Source: Candidatus Latescibacterota bacterium | GTDB lineage: Bacteria; Latescibacterota; UBA2968; UBA8231 | Reading direction: 5' to 3' | NCBI GenBank assembly: GCA_965261395.1 | Contig: OZ253462.1 | Span: forward strand, 5,184,001-5,248,000 | DNA length: 64,000 bases | In this document: piece after piece, positions 8,227 through 18,209 of the stretch | Layout of the letters: each line of letters starts with the position of its first letter | How positions within the stretch are numbered: position 1 is the first letter of the stretch | The notes under the pieces: model-generated | Told to the model about the DNA's origin: nothing | The model's input: only the letters and a program-made list of their open reading frames with translations | Database searches by the model: none | Made by a program: the position numbers and the translations under genes

Positions 8227-11205
8227 CTATCTCAGACTGGCGAAAATCGAGAGGAAGGCCAGCCCCGCCGTGCGCGTCTCAGCGTCGCCATCGACAATCT
8301 CGATCGCACGTCGGTCGTAGCGTATGCCGAGCTGGGCGGTGAGTTCGTAGCCCAAGTAATCCCTGCGGTTGGTCAGTTGCACGGCCAAAACCGTGCCTCT
8401 GAAATCTCCAGTCCGCTCCCCTGCCGCCAATTTATCTTCGTCGGCTATGAGGTTGTAGAACTGGCGCTGTTCAACGCCGATGTCAACACTGGAGCGCACT
8501 AAGACCGGGAAGCGCACCAAAAACGACCACAGGGCGTCCCAAGAGCGCCGCTCAGCTAAGTCGCGATTAAATGGCACTTGGCGTAGAAATTCGCTTTTGA
8601 ACCTAGGTGAAATCCACAGCTGTCGCCAGTTAAAGGCGTAGTCAATTTTGTCGATTAGCCCAATGAAGCCCGAGGTCTTACGGCCATTGCGCCCCTCGGG
8701 ACCGAGCGGGTCGAAAAGCACCACCGGATCCCCCTCCGCATCGAGAATCCTCTCCCCAGCCTCGTCGAAGGCGAAGACCGCGTCCTCATCGCGCTGGTGC
8801 CACCAATCCCACTTAAAGCGGTGCCGCGTGGCCCAGCGTCGCGGACTCTTGTATTCCCAGTCGGCATAGAACGTATTGATCCAAGTGTCCTCGGCGGCCA
8901 ACAGGTCGGGCACTGGAACGTTGCGCCCACTGACCTCTTCGACGACGCTACCCAACTCCAGTTCGGGTAGAATCCACTGCGAGAGGGGGTCGGGGATGGT
9001 GTCCTCAGCCCTTTTGAGCATGTCATAGACCCGCAAGGCACCCCAAGTAGGCCCAGCCTGCTGATAGGTCAAAATTCCATAGGCCGTCTCATTGCGGCGA
9101 TTAGTCTCGCGCTGGTCCTGATAGAGGAAACCGCCCATCAGGCGCATCTCTGGGTTGACTTGGACTCGGGCGTAGGTGTTGTAGCCCCAGTGGTCCTTTT
9201 TGTAGGGGTAATCAGGCAAATCGTCGTTTTCAAAGCGCTCGGCCCAGCCATTGTTGTTTAAGTCGATGCCAAAAAGGAACTCCGGCCGGTCCGAGTGGTA
9301 GCGCAGGAAAGGCTCTTCGTAGTCGGGAAAAAGATTCTCGGTGTCGTCATTGCCATTCTGGTTGAAATCCGAGATAAAGTCGCCGTTTTCGTCGTAGCCG
9401 GGGAAAACCGCTGGATCGGCCACGCCTTCGGAAGTCACCGTGAAGTTGTTGAGCGAGGTCGTCTGTGGCGGGATCAAACTCCCTTGAAAAATCCGCAATT
9501 GATCCGGGTGCCTGTCGTTGTCGTCGTTGTCGTCAACGAAGTCGTAGAGCAGGTTGGTGGCCTCGGGTGAGTAGTCGGCCACACCGCGGCCATCGACCGG
9601 CAACACACTGGTAGAGTACGTCTCGTCCATGCCGAAGCCCTCCAGAAAAAGCAACCACGGACCGGACTTCCGCGCTAAATTGAACATCCAGCCGAGTGCG
9701 GTCTCGTCGTCGACGATCCCCGAGAAGCTCTCGTGCTTTTTGCGATTGATCGAGGGGTATTGACGGTATTGGTTGCTGACGTTGAACTCGCCGTAAAAGT
9801 CGAAGCCGTAAAAGTCCCGCAGTTCGGCGCTGGCCCCGAAGATCTGGCTGGCCGTCGGCAGGCCGTAGTCGATGACGACCTCGCGCTGATTGAGTTCATT
9901 CTTGATATTGCCCGGTGCCCGCTCCATGACGATGAACTGGGGCTGGCCCGAGCGGTTAGGCTGGCGATCGGACGACACCTCCACCCGGTAGTCGTTGGCC
10001 AGCACCAAGCGGAATCTCACGTTCTTGATTGCGGTGACCGCGTCGGCGGCCTCGGCCAAAGTCAGCCCTAGATGCTGCTGCAAAAGCAAGCGCAGGGAGC
10101 CTTCCTCAGAAGCATCATCCTCGGGTGCCAGTATGTACTTAAGTACAATGCTCTCAGCGCCATCGGCGCGTAAAAAGCCGTCGCGGAGTTCACCGCCGTC
10201 GCGCACCGGGCGAAAGCCTATGCCGCTGCCGACGATGGTGGTGTCGCGCGCTACTAGCTGTACGCTGTCGCCGACTGCAACCTCGCGGATCAGAGTGGTA
10301 GTGATTTCCACGTCGTCGCTGAAGAGCACCGCCCCTCCTTCGCCATCTTCGGGCGAATCATCCGCAAGCCTGACTACCAGCAGGTTCAATTGGCGATCGA
10401 GTTGACCCGAAGTCAACAGGCCTTTAAGTGGGTTGCCCTGAAAACTTTCGCGTGCGCCGTTGCCGTTGTGGACGTTGACCAACGTTAGCCCCAGAGTCGC
10501 CTGGTCGGCCACGTCGAGTTCAAAACGGCCAGCCGCCAAGTTCGAAAAATTCTCCAGCGAAGCCGTCGGGACATCCCCGTCAATATCGACGATGGGCAGG
10601 GTCACCCGCGAAAACAGGCCCGTAGCCCGGGTGCGCCCCGCCGCGAAGCTGGTCACCAAGCCGTTGAAGCCGACCTTGTTGAAGGTCATCGGCGTCAACG
10701 TGGTGCGGATCTCGTCGCCGACGGTAATCGAGTAGCTGTAGGTGCTGGTTTGGTCTGAGGTGATAACCAAGCGGTTAAACCAGCTCGCGTAGCGGCCCGT
10801 CTTGGTGATCGAACTGCTCTCAAAAGCACGCGGCTGGGTCTGACGCCAGTCGTAGATGACGTAGCCGCGGGTGATGAAATCCCCGTAGGCGTCGTAGAAG
10901 TAGTTGCCATCGAGATTGCGGTTTAGGTAGCGGCGATAGGATTCTCTGGCGTAGTTGGTATAGCTCCATTGGCGACGCCCGTGCTCGCTGAAGAGCTCCT
11001 GCGGCATGTACCAGCGCATGATCGTCGGGTCAAACACGTCCATATCGACCGCTGCGCCAACCGAGGAGTAGCGCACCTGTTCGCCCACGCGGTACCCCAA
11101 GCGGTTGCCGTAATCCATGCGCTGAGCCTCCGCCTCACCCAGCGCTAGAGATAGGACGACGACGAAAATCGCCGTGCACCTCGACATTGTTCGCTCCCGT
11201 CTCAT
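8227..11205 (-). CDS. Large secreted, probably outer-membrane beta-rich protein (paralog of 11207-14029)
   Basis: 992-aa ORF with signal peptide, Asp-rich motifs (FVDDNDDNDRHPD, GIDLNNNGW) and alternating beta-strand pattern towards the C-terminus, ending LSIFASLR. Confidence 0.7.
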   Translation of the reverse strand: MRRERTMSRCTAIFVVVLSLALGEAEAQRMDYGNRLGYRVGEQVRYSSVGAAVDMDVFDPTIMRWYMPQELFSEHGRRQWSYTNYARESYRRYLNRNLDGNYFYDAYGDFITRGYVIYDWRQTQPRAFESSSITKTGRYASWFNRLVITSDQTSTYSYSITVGDEIRTTLTPMTFNKVGFNGLVTSFAAGRTRATGLFSRVTLPIVDIDGDVPTASLENFSNLAAGRFELDVADQATLGLTLVNVHNGNGARESFQGNPLKGLLTSGQLDRQLNLLVVRLADDSPEDGEGGAVLFSDDVEITTTLIREVAVGDSVQLVARDTTIVGSGIGFRPVRDGGELRDGFLRADGAESIVLKYILAPEDDASEEGSLRLLLQQHLGLTLAEAADAVTAIKNVRFRLVLANDYRVEVSSDRQPNRSGQPQFIVMERAPGNIKNELNQREVVIDYGLPTASQIFGASAELRDFYGFDFYGEFNVSNQYRQYPSINRKKHESFSGIVDDETALGWMFNLARKSGPWLLFLEGFGMDETYSTSVLPVDGRGVADYSPEATNLLYDFVDDNDDNDRHPDQLRIFQGSLIPPQTTSLNNFTVTSEGVADPAVFPGYDENGDFISDFNQNGNDDTENLFPDYEEPFLRYHSDRPEFLFGIDLNNNGWAERFENDDLPDYPYKKDHWGYNTYARVQVNPEMRLMGGFLYQDQRETNRRNETAYGILTYQQAGPTWGALRVYDMLKRAEDTIPDPLSQWILPELELGSVVEEVSGRNVPVPDLLAAEDTWINTFYADWEYKSPRRWATRHRFKWDWWHQRDEDAVFAFDEAGERILDAEGDPVVLFDPLGPEGRNGRKTSGFIGLIDKIDYAFNWRQLWISPRFKSEFLRQVPFNRDLAERRSWDALWSFLVRFPVLVRSSVDIGVEQRQFYNLIADEDKLAAGERTGDFRGTVLAVQLTNRRDYLGYELTAQLGIRYDRRAIEIVDGDAETRTAGLAFLSIFASLR

Positions 11206-11206
11206 A

Positions 11207-14029
11207 TTACTCTAGCCCGGCGAAGACCGTAATAAAACTGGTCGTCTCGTTGCTACTCTCGTCGCCAATCACAAAGGTACCCGGCCGGCCGCTGTCCTCA
11301 ATCACCTGTTCGGTGAAAATCCGGCCGTAGCGCAGACCGATCTGAGTCGTCAGCCGGTAGCCCAGATAATCCGAAGTGGTCGAAAGCTGTACGGCGACAT
11401 TAGTAGAACTCAGGTCACCCGTCTCCTGCTGGCGACCGGCGGCAATAAGCGCGTTCTCGTCCAAGCTCTGGTCGCTGAACCACAACTGCTCCAGTCCGGC
11501 CTGAATAATCGTATGGCGGAGCACCGGCAAGGTCACTATCAACTGCGCCGTCGCCGTCCATTCCTCGCGATCATCTTCTACGACGAGAAAGGCCGTCTGA
11601 CGCAGCAGCTCGCTTTTGAACCTCGGCTGCAAATTCAAACGTCCCAAGCCGTAGGTGTAATCAACCTTGTTGATCAAGCCGAAAAAGCTGGCGTCGTCCT
11701 CCATCAGGCGACCGTTGGCGTCGCGAGTCTCGGCTTGGTTCTGACGGAAGGTCTCCCACTTGAGCTTGTTGACCACGTTCAAGCCCTCGATGCCCTTGTA
11801 GTCGAACTGCACAAAGGCGGTGTTGATCCAAGTATCCTGCGCTGGGAGGATATCGCGGACTACTGGCTGGATCGGCGCGCCCTCAAAGGGCGTAGGCTCG
11901 CGGCGGGCATCGGGGATGGTGTCCTTGGCCTGCTTGACCATATCGAAGACCCGCAGGCGCCCCAAGCCCGCGTAGTTCTTGTCGAAGGTGAACATCGCGT
12001 AGTTGGTCGCGTTGATCGCGTCGGTCGTCTGCGACTCCTCGTCGGTGCGGCCGATGATCAGCCGAGCCTCCGGCATCAGGTGCACTCCGCCAAAGACATT
12101 GAACCCCCGCCGATCGGGTTTATAGGGAAAATCGGGCAAGTCGTCGTCCTCAAAGCGGTCGATCCAGTTGTTGTTGTTGAGGTCAATGCCGAAGAGAAAC
12201 TCCGGCCGATCGACGTTGTAACGCAGGAACGGCTCCTCGTAGTCGGGGGTGATATTGCCTACGGTGGCGTTGTCGTTCTGGTTGAAGTCGGATATGAAGT
12301 CGTTGTTCTGGTCCCAACCTGGGTAGATTGCCCGGTCGTTGATCGTGCCGAAGCGAACCCAGTCGGGGTAGCGATCTTGATCGTCGTTGTCGTCGACAAA
12401 CTCGTAGAAGTGCCGCTGGCTATTGTCGTATTGCACATCGCCGTTGGCGTTGACCAGAAAGGTAGTACTCGAATAGGCTTGATCGATGGCGTAGGCCTCG
12501 CCGTAGAAGAAATAAGGAAAAACATCGCGCGAGACGTTGAAATACCAGGCGTCGGACGTCTCTGAAGAGATCGCGTGTTTCTTTCCCTCGTTGAATAGCG
12601 CGGCGTTGGGGTACTGAGCATAGCGCTTGTTGCGGTCCCACTCGCCGTAGAAGTCGAAGCCGAAGGCATCGGCTCCCTCAATGGTAAAGCCGCCGATTAG
12701 GTTGGCGGTCGGCAAGCCATAGTCGAACTTGATCCGCTGCAAATTGGAGATGTCCTTCACGTTGCCCTCGGCGCGCCGAAGTACTAGGAAGGCCGGCTGG
12801 CTGTTGTCGATTACTTCGCTGGTCAGCGGGGCCGCCGGTACCGCCCGCTGGCCCGTCTGGCGGTCGGACCACAATTCGATCTTGAAGTCGTTGGCCAGCA
12901 CGTAGTTGAAGTCGACCCCGACAATGGTCGTCGGGTCCGGGCCGATATAGGCCGGATCGTTGAAGTCGTAGTTGACGATGATCCGCTCCGGGCCATCCGC
13001 TGCCAAAAAACCCGGACGCCGGAACCCGCCGAAGATGACCGGCCACTCGGAGCCGGGCCGGACCACCTCCTGCAAGGTGGAGACCGTCTCCCCGCCGGTG
13101 TCAAAGTCGCGGCTGGTGATCCGCACATCGTGACTGAACAGCGCCGCACCCCCCTCGCCGTCTTCGGGCGAATCGTCGCTCAGGATCACTGCAATCGCCG
13201 TCAGCGGTGTAGTGCTCTGTCCAGCGGTGAGGCTGCCGGCGACTAGGTCGCCAGCAAAGAGATCGAGGGTGGTGTTGGCGTTGCGGGCATCGACTAGCGT
13301 GGCTCCCAGCGTGATGAAGTCGCCGACCTGAAACGTCGCCCGCCCACCAAACATCGAGGTCGTGTTGGTCTGGGTGACCGGCGCGGTGCTGCCGCCGAGG
13401 CCCTGCGAGGAGCCGCGGATCGGCTCGCTGATACGCGAGGCGAGGATCGTCGCCTGGTACTTGTCCGAGGCAAAGTCGATCTGCACCCCGTTGAAGTCCG
13501 GCTTGGAAAAGGTCATCGGCGTCAGCGTCGTGCGGATTCGGTCGCCGACCGTAATCGCGTAGTTGTACTGCCCCTGCGAGTCGCCGCTGATGGTCACCGC
13601 GTTGAACCAAGTATTAAAACGCGTACCCTGGAAGATGCCACTGCCCAAGGGCAACGGCTGGTCCTGGCGCCAGTCGTAGATCAGCCAACCATGGGTGGTG
13701 AAATTGCCGTACACATCGTAGAAGTAAGCACCCTCGCGGGTCGTGTTGACATAGCGCTCATACGGGGTGCGGGCGTAGTTGGAGTACTGCCACTGGCGCC
13801 AGCCATAGTCGGCGTATAGCTCCTGCGGCACGTACCACTTTTTGACAGTCGGGTCCAGGGCACCAAATATTACGCCTGGGCCGATAGGCTCAAAACTGAC
13901 AGCACCACCGCGCTGTACCCCTAACCGACCCCGGTAGTCTTCCTGCCCATGCGCCGGGGTTAGGCCAAGTAAAGCGCCGATCACTGCAAGACTTCGCATC
14001 GCTTTCAACACTGCTCTCCCTCGTTCCAA
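11207..14029 (-). CDS. Large secreted, probably outer-membrane beta-rich protein
   Basis: 940-aa ORF (start may be ATG 13999). Shares IRTTLTPMTF, DDSPEDGEGGA, FVDDNDD and RPEFLFGIDLNNN with its neighbour; ends ITVFAGLE. Confidence 0.7.
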   Translation of the reverse strand: MERGRAVLKAMRSLAVIGALLGLTPAHGQEDYRGRLGVQRGGAVSFEPIGPGVIFGALDPTVKKWYVPQELYADYGWRQWQYSNYARTPYERYVNTTREGAYFYDVYGNFTTHGWLIYDWRQDQPLPLGSGIFQGTRFNTWFNAVTISGDSQGQYNYAITVGDRIRTTLTPMTFSKPDFNGVQIDFASDKYQATILASRISEPIRGSSQGLGGSTAPVTQTNTTSMFGGRATFQVGDFITLGATLVDARNANTTLDLFAGDLVAGSLTAGQSTTPLTAIAVILSDDSPEDGEGGAALFSHDVRITSRDFDTGGETVSTLQEVVRPGSEWPVIFGGFRRPGFLAADGPERIIVNYDFNDPAYIGPDPTTIVGVDFNYVLANDFKIELWSDRQTGQRAVPAAPLTSEVIDNSQPAFLVLRRAEGNVKDISNLQRIKFDYGLPTANLIGGFTIEGADAFGFDFYGEWDRNKRYAQYPNAALFNEGKKHAISSETSDAWYFNVSRDVFPYFFYGEAYAIDQAYSSTTFLVNANGDVQYDNSQRHFYEFVDDNDDQDRYPDWVRFGTINDRAIYPGWDQNNDFISDFNQNDNATVGNITPDYEEPFLRYNVDRPEFLFGIDLNNNNWIDRFEDDDLPDFPYKPDRRGFNVFGGVHLMPEARLIIGRTDEESQTTDAINATNYAMFTFDKNYAGLGRLRVFDMVKQAKDTIPDARREPTPFEGAPIQPVVRDILPAQDTWINTAFVQFDYKGIEGLNVVNKLKWETFRQNQAETRDANGRLMEDDASFFGLINKVDYTYGLGRLNLQPRFKSELLRQTAFLVVEDDREEWTATAQLIVTLPVLRHTIIQAGLEQLWFSDQSLDENALIAAGRQQETGDLSSTNVAVQLSTTSDYLGYRLTTQIGLRYGRIFTEQVIEDSGRPGTFVIGDESSNETTSFITVFAGLE

Positions 14030-14043
14030 AAAAGGCTAGTGCC

Positions 14044-16269
14044 TTAATAAGCCAAGCTGACCATGCCGAGGCCGCGTTCCTGGCCGGTGCCAGCGTCCAG
14101 CGTCACGCTGAACAGATAGTTGCCTGGAGGCAGCGCCTTCCCGGCGTCGTTTTTGCCGTCCCAAGGACGAGCATGGCGCCCGCTGCTGTCGAGTCCGCGA
14201 TAGAGCTTCCGCACCGGCCGCCCCGCCAAGTCGCGCACCACGATTTCTACATCGGTCGGGCGGGCGATATTGGTGATGTCGTACTGGACCGCAGCTTGGT
14301 CGTTTATGCCGTCCCCGTTGGGGCTAAAGGCCCCGGGGACCGCACGCACGTTGACTAGCAGGTCGCCGACGATCGGTACGGCCACCGAGAGGTTCCCGCT
14401 GAAAGGCGTACCCAAAGGCTGCAAATCCGGGTCAACCTCACCCAGATCGGCGGCGTTACCCGATACCACATCTTGGGCAATCTGCACTTCCTCGTCCGAA
14501 TTGAACGCCCGCGTCGTAAAGGTTGTGCCAAAGCGCAAAACCGCGTTGTCGAAGGTCACCCGCACCTCGGTGCCATCCTCGGTGACCGTTGGAAACTCAA
14601 AGATGAAGCTGTTGTCGGCGACCTCAATCACCGCAAAGTCGCCGCGCTGGAGCGGCAACTGGTCGAGTGCCGCGCCGCTGAAATCGGCCTCATCCACCGT
14701 GCCGTCCGGACGCCGGACCTCCATCAGTGCCACATTTTCGACCTTGAGCGGAGTATCGACCTGTAGCCGATTGAAGCCGCGATCGCGGCCCGGACGGAGC
14801 TTGCTCAACACGGCGAGAGTAAAGTCCGTCTTTTCGCCTAGCGCCGCTTGGCGCGGGACGATCTCGGCGATTAACTCCTCGGCAAAAGGCGACGGCAGAA
14901 CTTCAAAGGAAATCCCCCCAACGCCGGTGGCCGACTCGAACTCGTCGCTAGAGAATTCAACCGCGAACTGGAAATAGCGGCGCGGACTCGGCGAGACCAC
15001 CGGTATCCCCAGCAACGCGTCGGCCAAATCGGCGTCCGCACCAACCAGCGCGCTGACCGGATAGGGGGGTGACCAAGCGCTCCAGTTGGTCACGTCGTTG
15101 CGGATATTGCCCTTGTCCTCATTGCGCAACCGGCCGAAGTCGGCGGCTGTCAGCGAGATCTGCTCCTGCTGCTCCAGCGGCAGATCCTTGAATATCTGCA
15201 GCGCCTCGCGCAAATCGACATCCTCGTTGTCGAGCACCGTCTCAACTAGGGTTTTTAGCTCGGCATCCTCGATGTCGGCGGCGAATTTCCACGGCACTTC
15301 GTCGCCGCGGGCCGTGGTCCCCGTTTGGCTGGCCCCGCCGCCCAAGCGGAAGATCTGCTCACCCGGGCGAATTTTGTTGTATTCGACTGGCTGTGGGTCA
15401 TTGCCGGTGCGGGTGCGGATCAGGACCCGCGACAGCCCGCTGTCACCCGCTTTCTGCTCGACCCAGCGCAGCATTCCAAAAAGCGACAGGTCACCGAAGT
15501 CAAAGACATTGGAAATATAGAAGGCCTCGGGCACAAAGCCGGTGCCAAAGACTTGGAACTCGGCCAAGTCAAAACCCGTCGCCGTCAGCGACTTGAGCCG
15601 CACGAACCGCACGTACTGAGGCGGGATATGCACATCAACTACTGGGTCTTCGTTCTGGTTGGCCAGCACCACGGTCTCGCGGATCGGCACCCCCTCGCGC
15701 TGGGTCTCAGGCGTACCGTCGTTGATAAATATCTCGAAGGCGCGCATAAAATCGTTCTGGTATGGGAATGCCGGAGCGGGGAACGCCGGGTCGGCATTGC
15801 GGGGAAAGAACTTGAAGCGATTGATCCCGAAGCGGGCCCCTAAGTCCAAATCGATAATAATGCCCAACACGCGCGCGCTCTGACCACCGGCACTGGCGCG
15901 CAAATCCAGTGCCGTCTCGCCGTTGTTGTCGATGATACTGGGCAGTTCCGGCCGGATGTTGATGGTATTGGGCGAGGTGATTGAGCCGCCGCGGGCTTCG
16001 GAATTAGCCCCGATGGCGATATTGAGCGTAGTATCGGCACGCTGCGGAAAAATCCAGTTTCTGAAACCCTCGGCATTGAAGTCGATAACTCCGCCAGGCG
16101 CGTTGGTATTTTCCACCGAAGTCGCACTGCGGATGACCGTAGCCTGAATCTCTCCGCCGCCACTGACCCAATCCAAACCGCCTTCGCCGCCGACGATTAC
16201 GACTTCAGCGGCGACCGGCCGACCGCCGAGTAGGCACAATAAGAGAGCATATACACTAGCGCGTTTCAT
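14044..16269 (-). CDS. Secreted protein with discoidin-like region and C-terminal FlgD-Ig/CHU_C-like domain
   Basis: MKRASVYALLLCLLGGRPVAA signal; IDLDLGARFGINRFKFFPR; FSPNGDGIND...WDGKNDAGKALPPGNY...SLAY. Confidence 0.82.
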   Translation of the reverse strand: MKRASVYALLLCLLGGRPVAAEVVIVGGEGGLDWVSGGGEIQATVIRSATSVENTNAPGGVIDFNAEGFRNWIFPQRADTTLNIAIGANSEARGGSITSPNTINIRPELPSIIDNNGETALDLRASAGGQSARVLGIIIDLDLGARFGINRFKFFPRNADPAFPAPAFPYQNDFMRAFEIFINDGTPETQREGVPIRETVVLANQNEDPVVDVHIPPQYVRFVRLKSLTATGFDLAEFQVFGTGFVPEAFYISNVFDFGDLSLFGMLRWVEQKAGDSGLSRVLIRTRTGNDPQPVEYNKIRPGEQIFRLGGGASQTGTTARGDEVPWKFAADIEDAELKTLVETVLDNEDVDLREALQIFKDLPLEQQEQISLTAADFGRLRNEDKGNIRNDVTNWSAWSPPYPVSALVGADADLADALLGIPVVSPSPRRYFQFAVEFSSDEFESATGVGGISFEVLPSPFAEELIAEIVPRQAALGEKTDFTLAVLSKLRPGRDRGFNRLQVDTPLKVENVALMEVRRPDGTVDEADFSGAALDQLPLQRGDFAVIEVADNSFIFEFPTVTEDGTEVRVTFDNAVLRFGTTFTTRAFNSDEEVQIAQDVVSGNAADLGEVDPDLQPLGTPFSGNLSVAVPIVGDLLVNVRAVPGAFSPNGDGINDQAAVQYDITNIARPTDVEIVVRDLAGRPVRKLYRGLDSSGRHARPWDGKNDAGKALPPGNYLFSVTLDAGTGQERGLGMVSLAY

Positions 16270-16517
16270 AAGCAGAAGTTCGTCGACAAGTGAATTCGGA
16301 CCCGAAAAATTCAATAAGTTCATTATTATAAAGACATTATGCACAGCTTATTACCGCGTAATCCTCTAGCAGGCCAACTATTTATAATCAATAGCTCTTA
16401 GCGCCGCAAGCATCTTTCAAGCCTTGCCCCATCCTATCGCCCCGGCGTTTTACTTTCATTTCCCCCCTCTTTATATTGGTCTTTTTCCCTTCCTCAAATT
16501 AGGAGCATCCCAGTACT

Positions 16518-18209
16518 ATGAAAACGAAGCATCTCAACGCCCTGCTTTTGCTTAGTTGGCTCTTCGCCGCCTGTGGAGATCAGCAACCGCCGTCCTCGCC
16601 GGCCGAACTCGTCGTTGCCGAGGTTGGCGACAAGTCGATTACCGCGGCTGAGTTCGCCGAGTTCTCCTCCATGATTCCCGAAGGAATGCACCAAGGAGCC
16701 ACGCCGCTGGCCGTCGCCCGCAATCTGCTCAACAGCTTGATCGACAAGGAGTTACTCCTACAAGAAGCCCGGGCGTCCAACATCGAAAATATGATTTGGT
16801 TTATCGACGAGTTGACCAACTACGAACGCTCGCGCATCCTGCGCCTCTACGAGCAACGGGAAATCATCAGCAAACTGAACATCACCGAGGAAATGGTCGA
16901 AGCCCATTACCGCGCAACCCGCCGCGACCGCTCAATCCGCCTCGGCGGCATCATGGCCAATACCGAAGAAGAGGCCAACGCCCTCTACCAGCAGCTTCAA
17001 GGCGGTGCCGATTTCCACGAACTAGCCCGCACCCACTCGGTCCACAGCGAAAGCGCCGAGCGCGGCGGCGATACCGGGCTATACCAGTTGCGCGACCAGC
17101 TCATGCCCGAAGTCGCAGCCAAAGTGGCCGACCTAGAAATCGGCGAGATCGCCCCGCCGGTGCCGCTGTTCGTCGCCCGCGAGCAAAAGTTTGCCATCTT
17201 CACCGTCCTCGACGAAATCCCAGCACCGCTCGAAGCCTCCGAGTCCCGCATCCGCGAAGAATTGCTCATCGCCCAGCGCAACCAGCGCCTGCAAACCATG
17301 CTCGATTCACTACGGGGCGAGTACCATCCCCAACCGCAGCCGCAAAACCTCGCCCTATTGGCCGAGCGCATTGGCCAGTTCACCGGCGAGGAGTTCGCCC
17401 TCGCCGAGGCCGACGCTGCCTTGCCCGTCTGCACCTTCGGCAAGGGAGACCCCATCGACCTAGGAAAATTCGTCGAGACCATCCGCCAGATGAGAATAGC
17501 CCCGCAAATGCTGATCGACACTGAGCGCGCCGCGGAATACCTCGACCGCCGGGTCGTCCCCGAACACCTGTTCATGTCTGAAATCATCAACGCCGGGCTG
17601 GACCAAGACCCCGAATTCCGCGCCAGCATCGCCGCCAAGCGCCAAGAATTCATGATCACCGGCCTACGCAAGCTCATGGTTGACCAGCATCTGTCAGTCT
17701 CCCCAGAAGAGGCCCGTACCTTCTACGACGAGCATCCGGAGAAATTCACCAAACCCACCACCACCGTCGCCATCGAAATTTTAGTTGCCAGTGACTCGCT
17801 AGCCCAGGGTCTGCTCACTGAGTTGGCGCAAGCTACTGAAGCCGAAGCCGAAACCCTCGCCGTACGCCACAGCGAACGCGCCGAGGCCCTCCACCACAAG
17901 GGACGCATCAACCTCAATATATACACCGAGCAATTATTTCCCGGTATCTCCGACTTGGCCCAAGATATCGAGGTCGGCCAAGTGGGCGGCCCAGTCCGCA
18001 CCCAGCGAGGCTATTCGGTATTCAAAGTCGTGGATCGCCAACGCGAACACATCCCCTACACTGAGGACTCAGAGCGACGCGCCCGAGCCTATGTGCTCAT
18101 CGACAAGGCCCAGCAGCGCTACGTCGAATACGTGCGTAGTCTGCATAAAATCTATCCGACAACCATCCACGAAGCCCATTTGAAGCAGTACACCGCCGCC
18201 CAAAGCTGA
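16518..18209 (+). CDS. Lipoprotein peptidyl-prolyl isomerase/foldase (PpiC/parvulin, SurA/PrsA-like, two rotamase domains)
   Basis: Lipobox LFAAC; GADFHELARTHS..SAERGGDTG; second domain GQVGGPVRTQRGYSVFKV. Confidence 0.85.
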   Translation: MKTKHLNALLLLSWLFAACGDQQPPSSPAELVVAEVGDKSITAAEFAEFSSMIPEGMHQGATPLAVARNLLNSLIDKELLLQEARASNIENMIWFIDELTNYERSRILRLYEQREIISKLNITEEMVEAHYRATRRDRSIRLGGIMANTEEEANALYQQLQGGADFHELARTHSVHSESAERGGDTGLYQLRDQLMPEVAAKVADLEIGEIAPPVPLFVAREQKFAIFTVLDEIPAPLEASESRIREELLIAQRNQRLQTMLDSLRGEYHPQPQPQNLALLAERIGQFTGEEFALAEADAALPVCTFGKGDPIDLGKFVETIRQMRIAPQMLIDTERAAEYLDRRVVPEHLFMSEIINAGLDQDPEFRASIAAKRQEFMITGLRKLMVDQHLSVSPEEARTFYDEHPEKFTKPTTTVAIEILVASDSLAQGLLTELAQATEAEAETLAVRHSERAEALHHKGRINLNIYTEQLFPGISDLAQDIEVGQVGGPVRTQRGYSVFKVVDRQREHIPYTEDSERRARAYVLIDKAQQRYVEYVRSLHKIYPTTIHEAHLKQYTAAQS

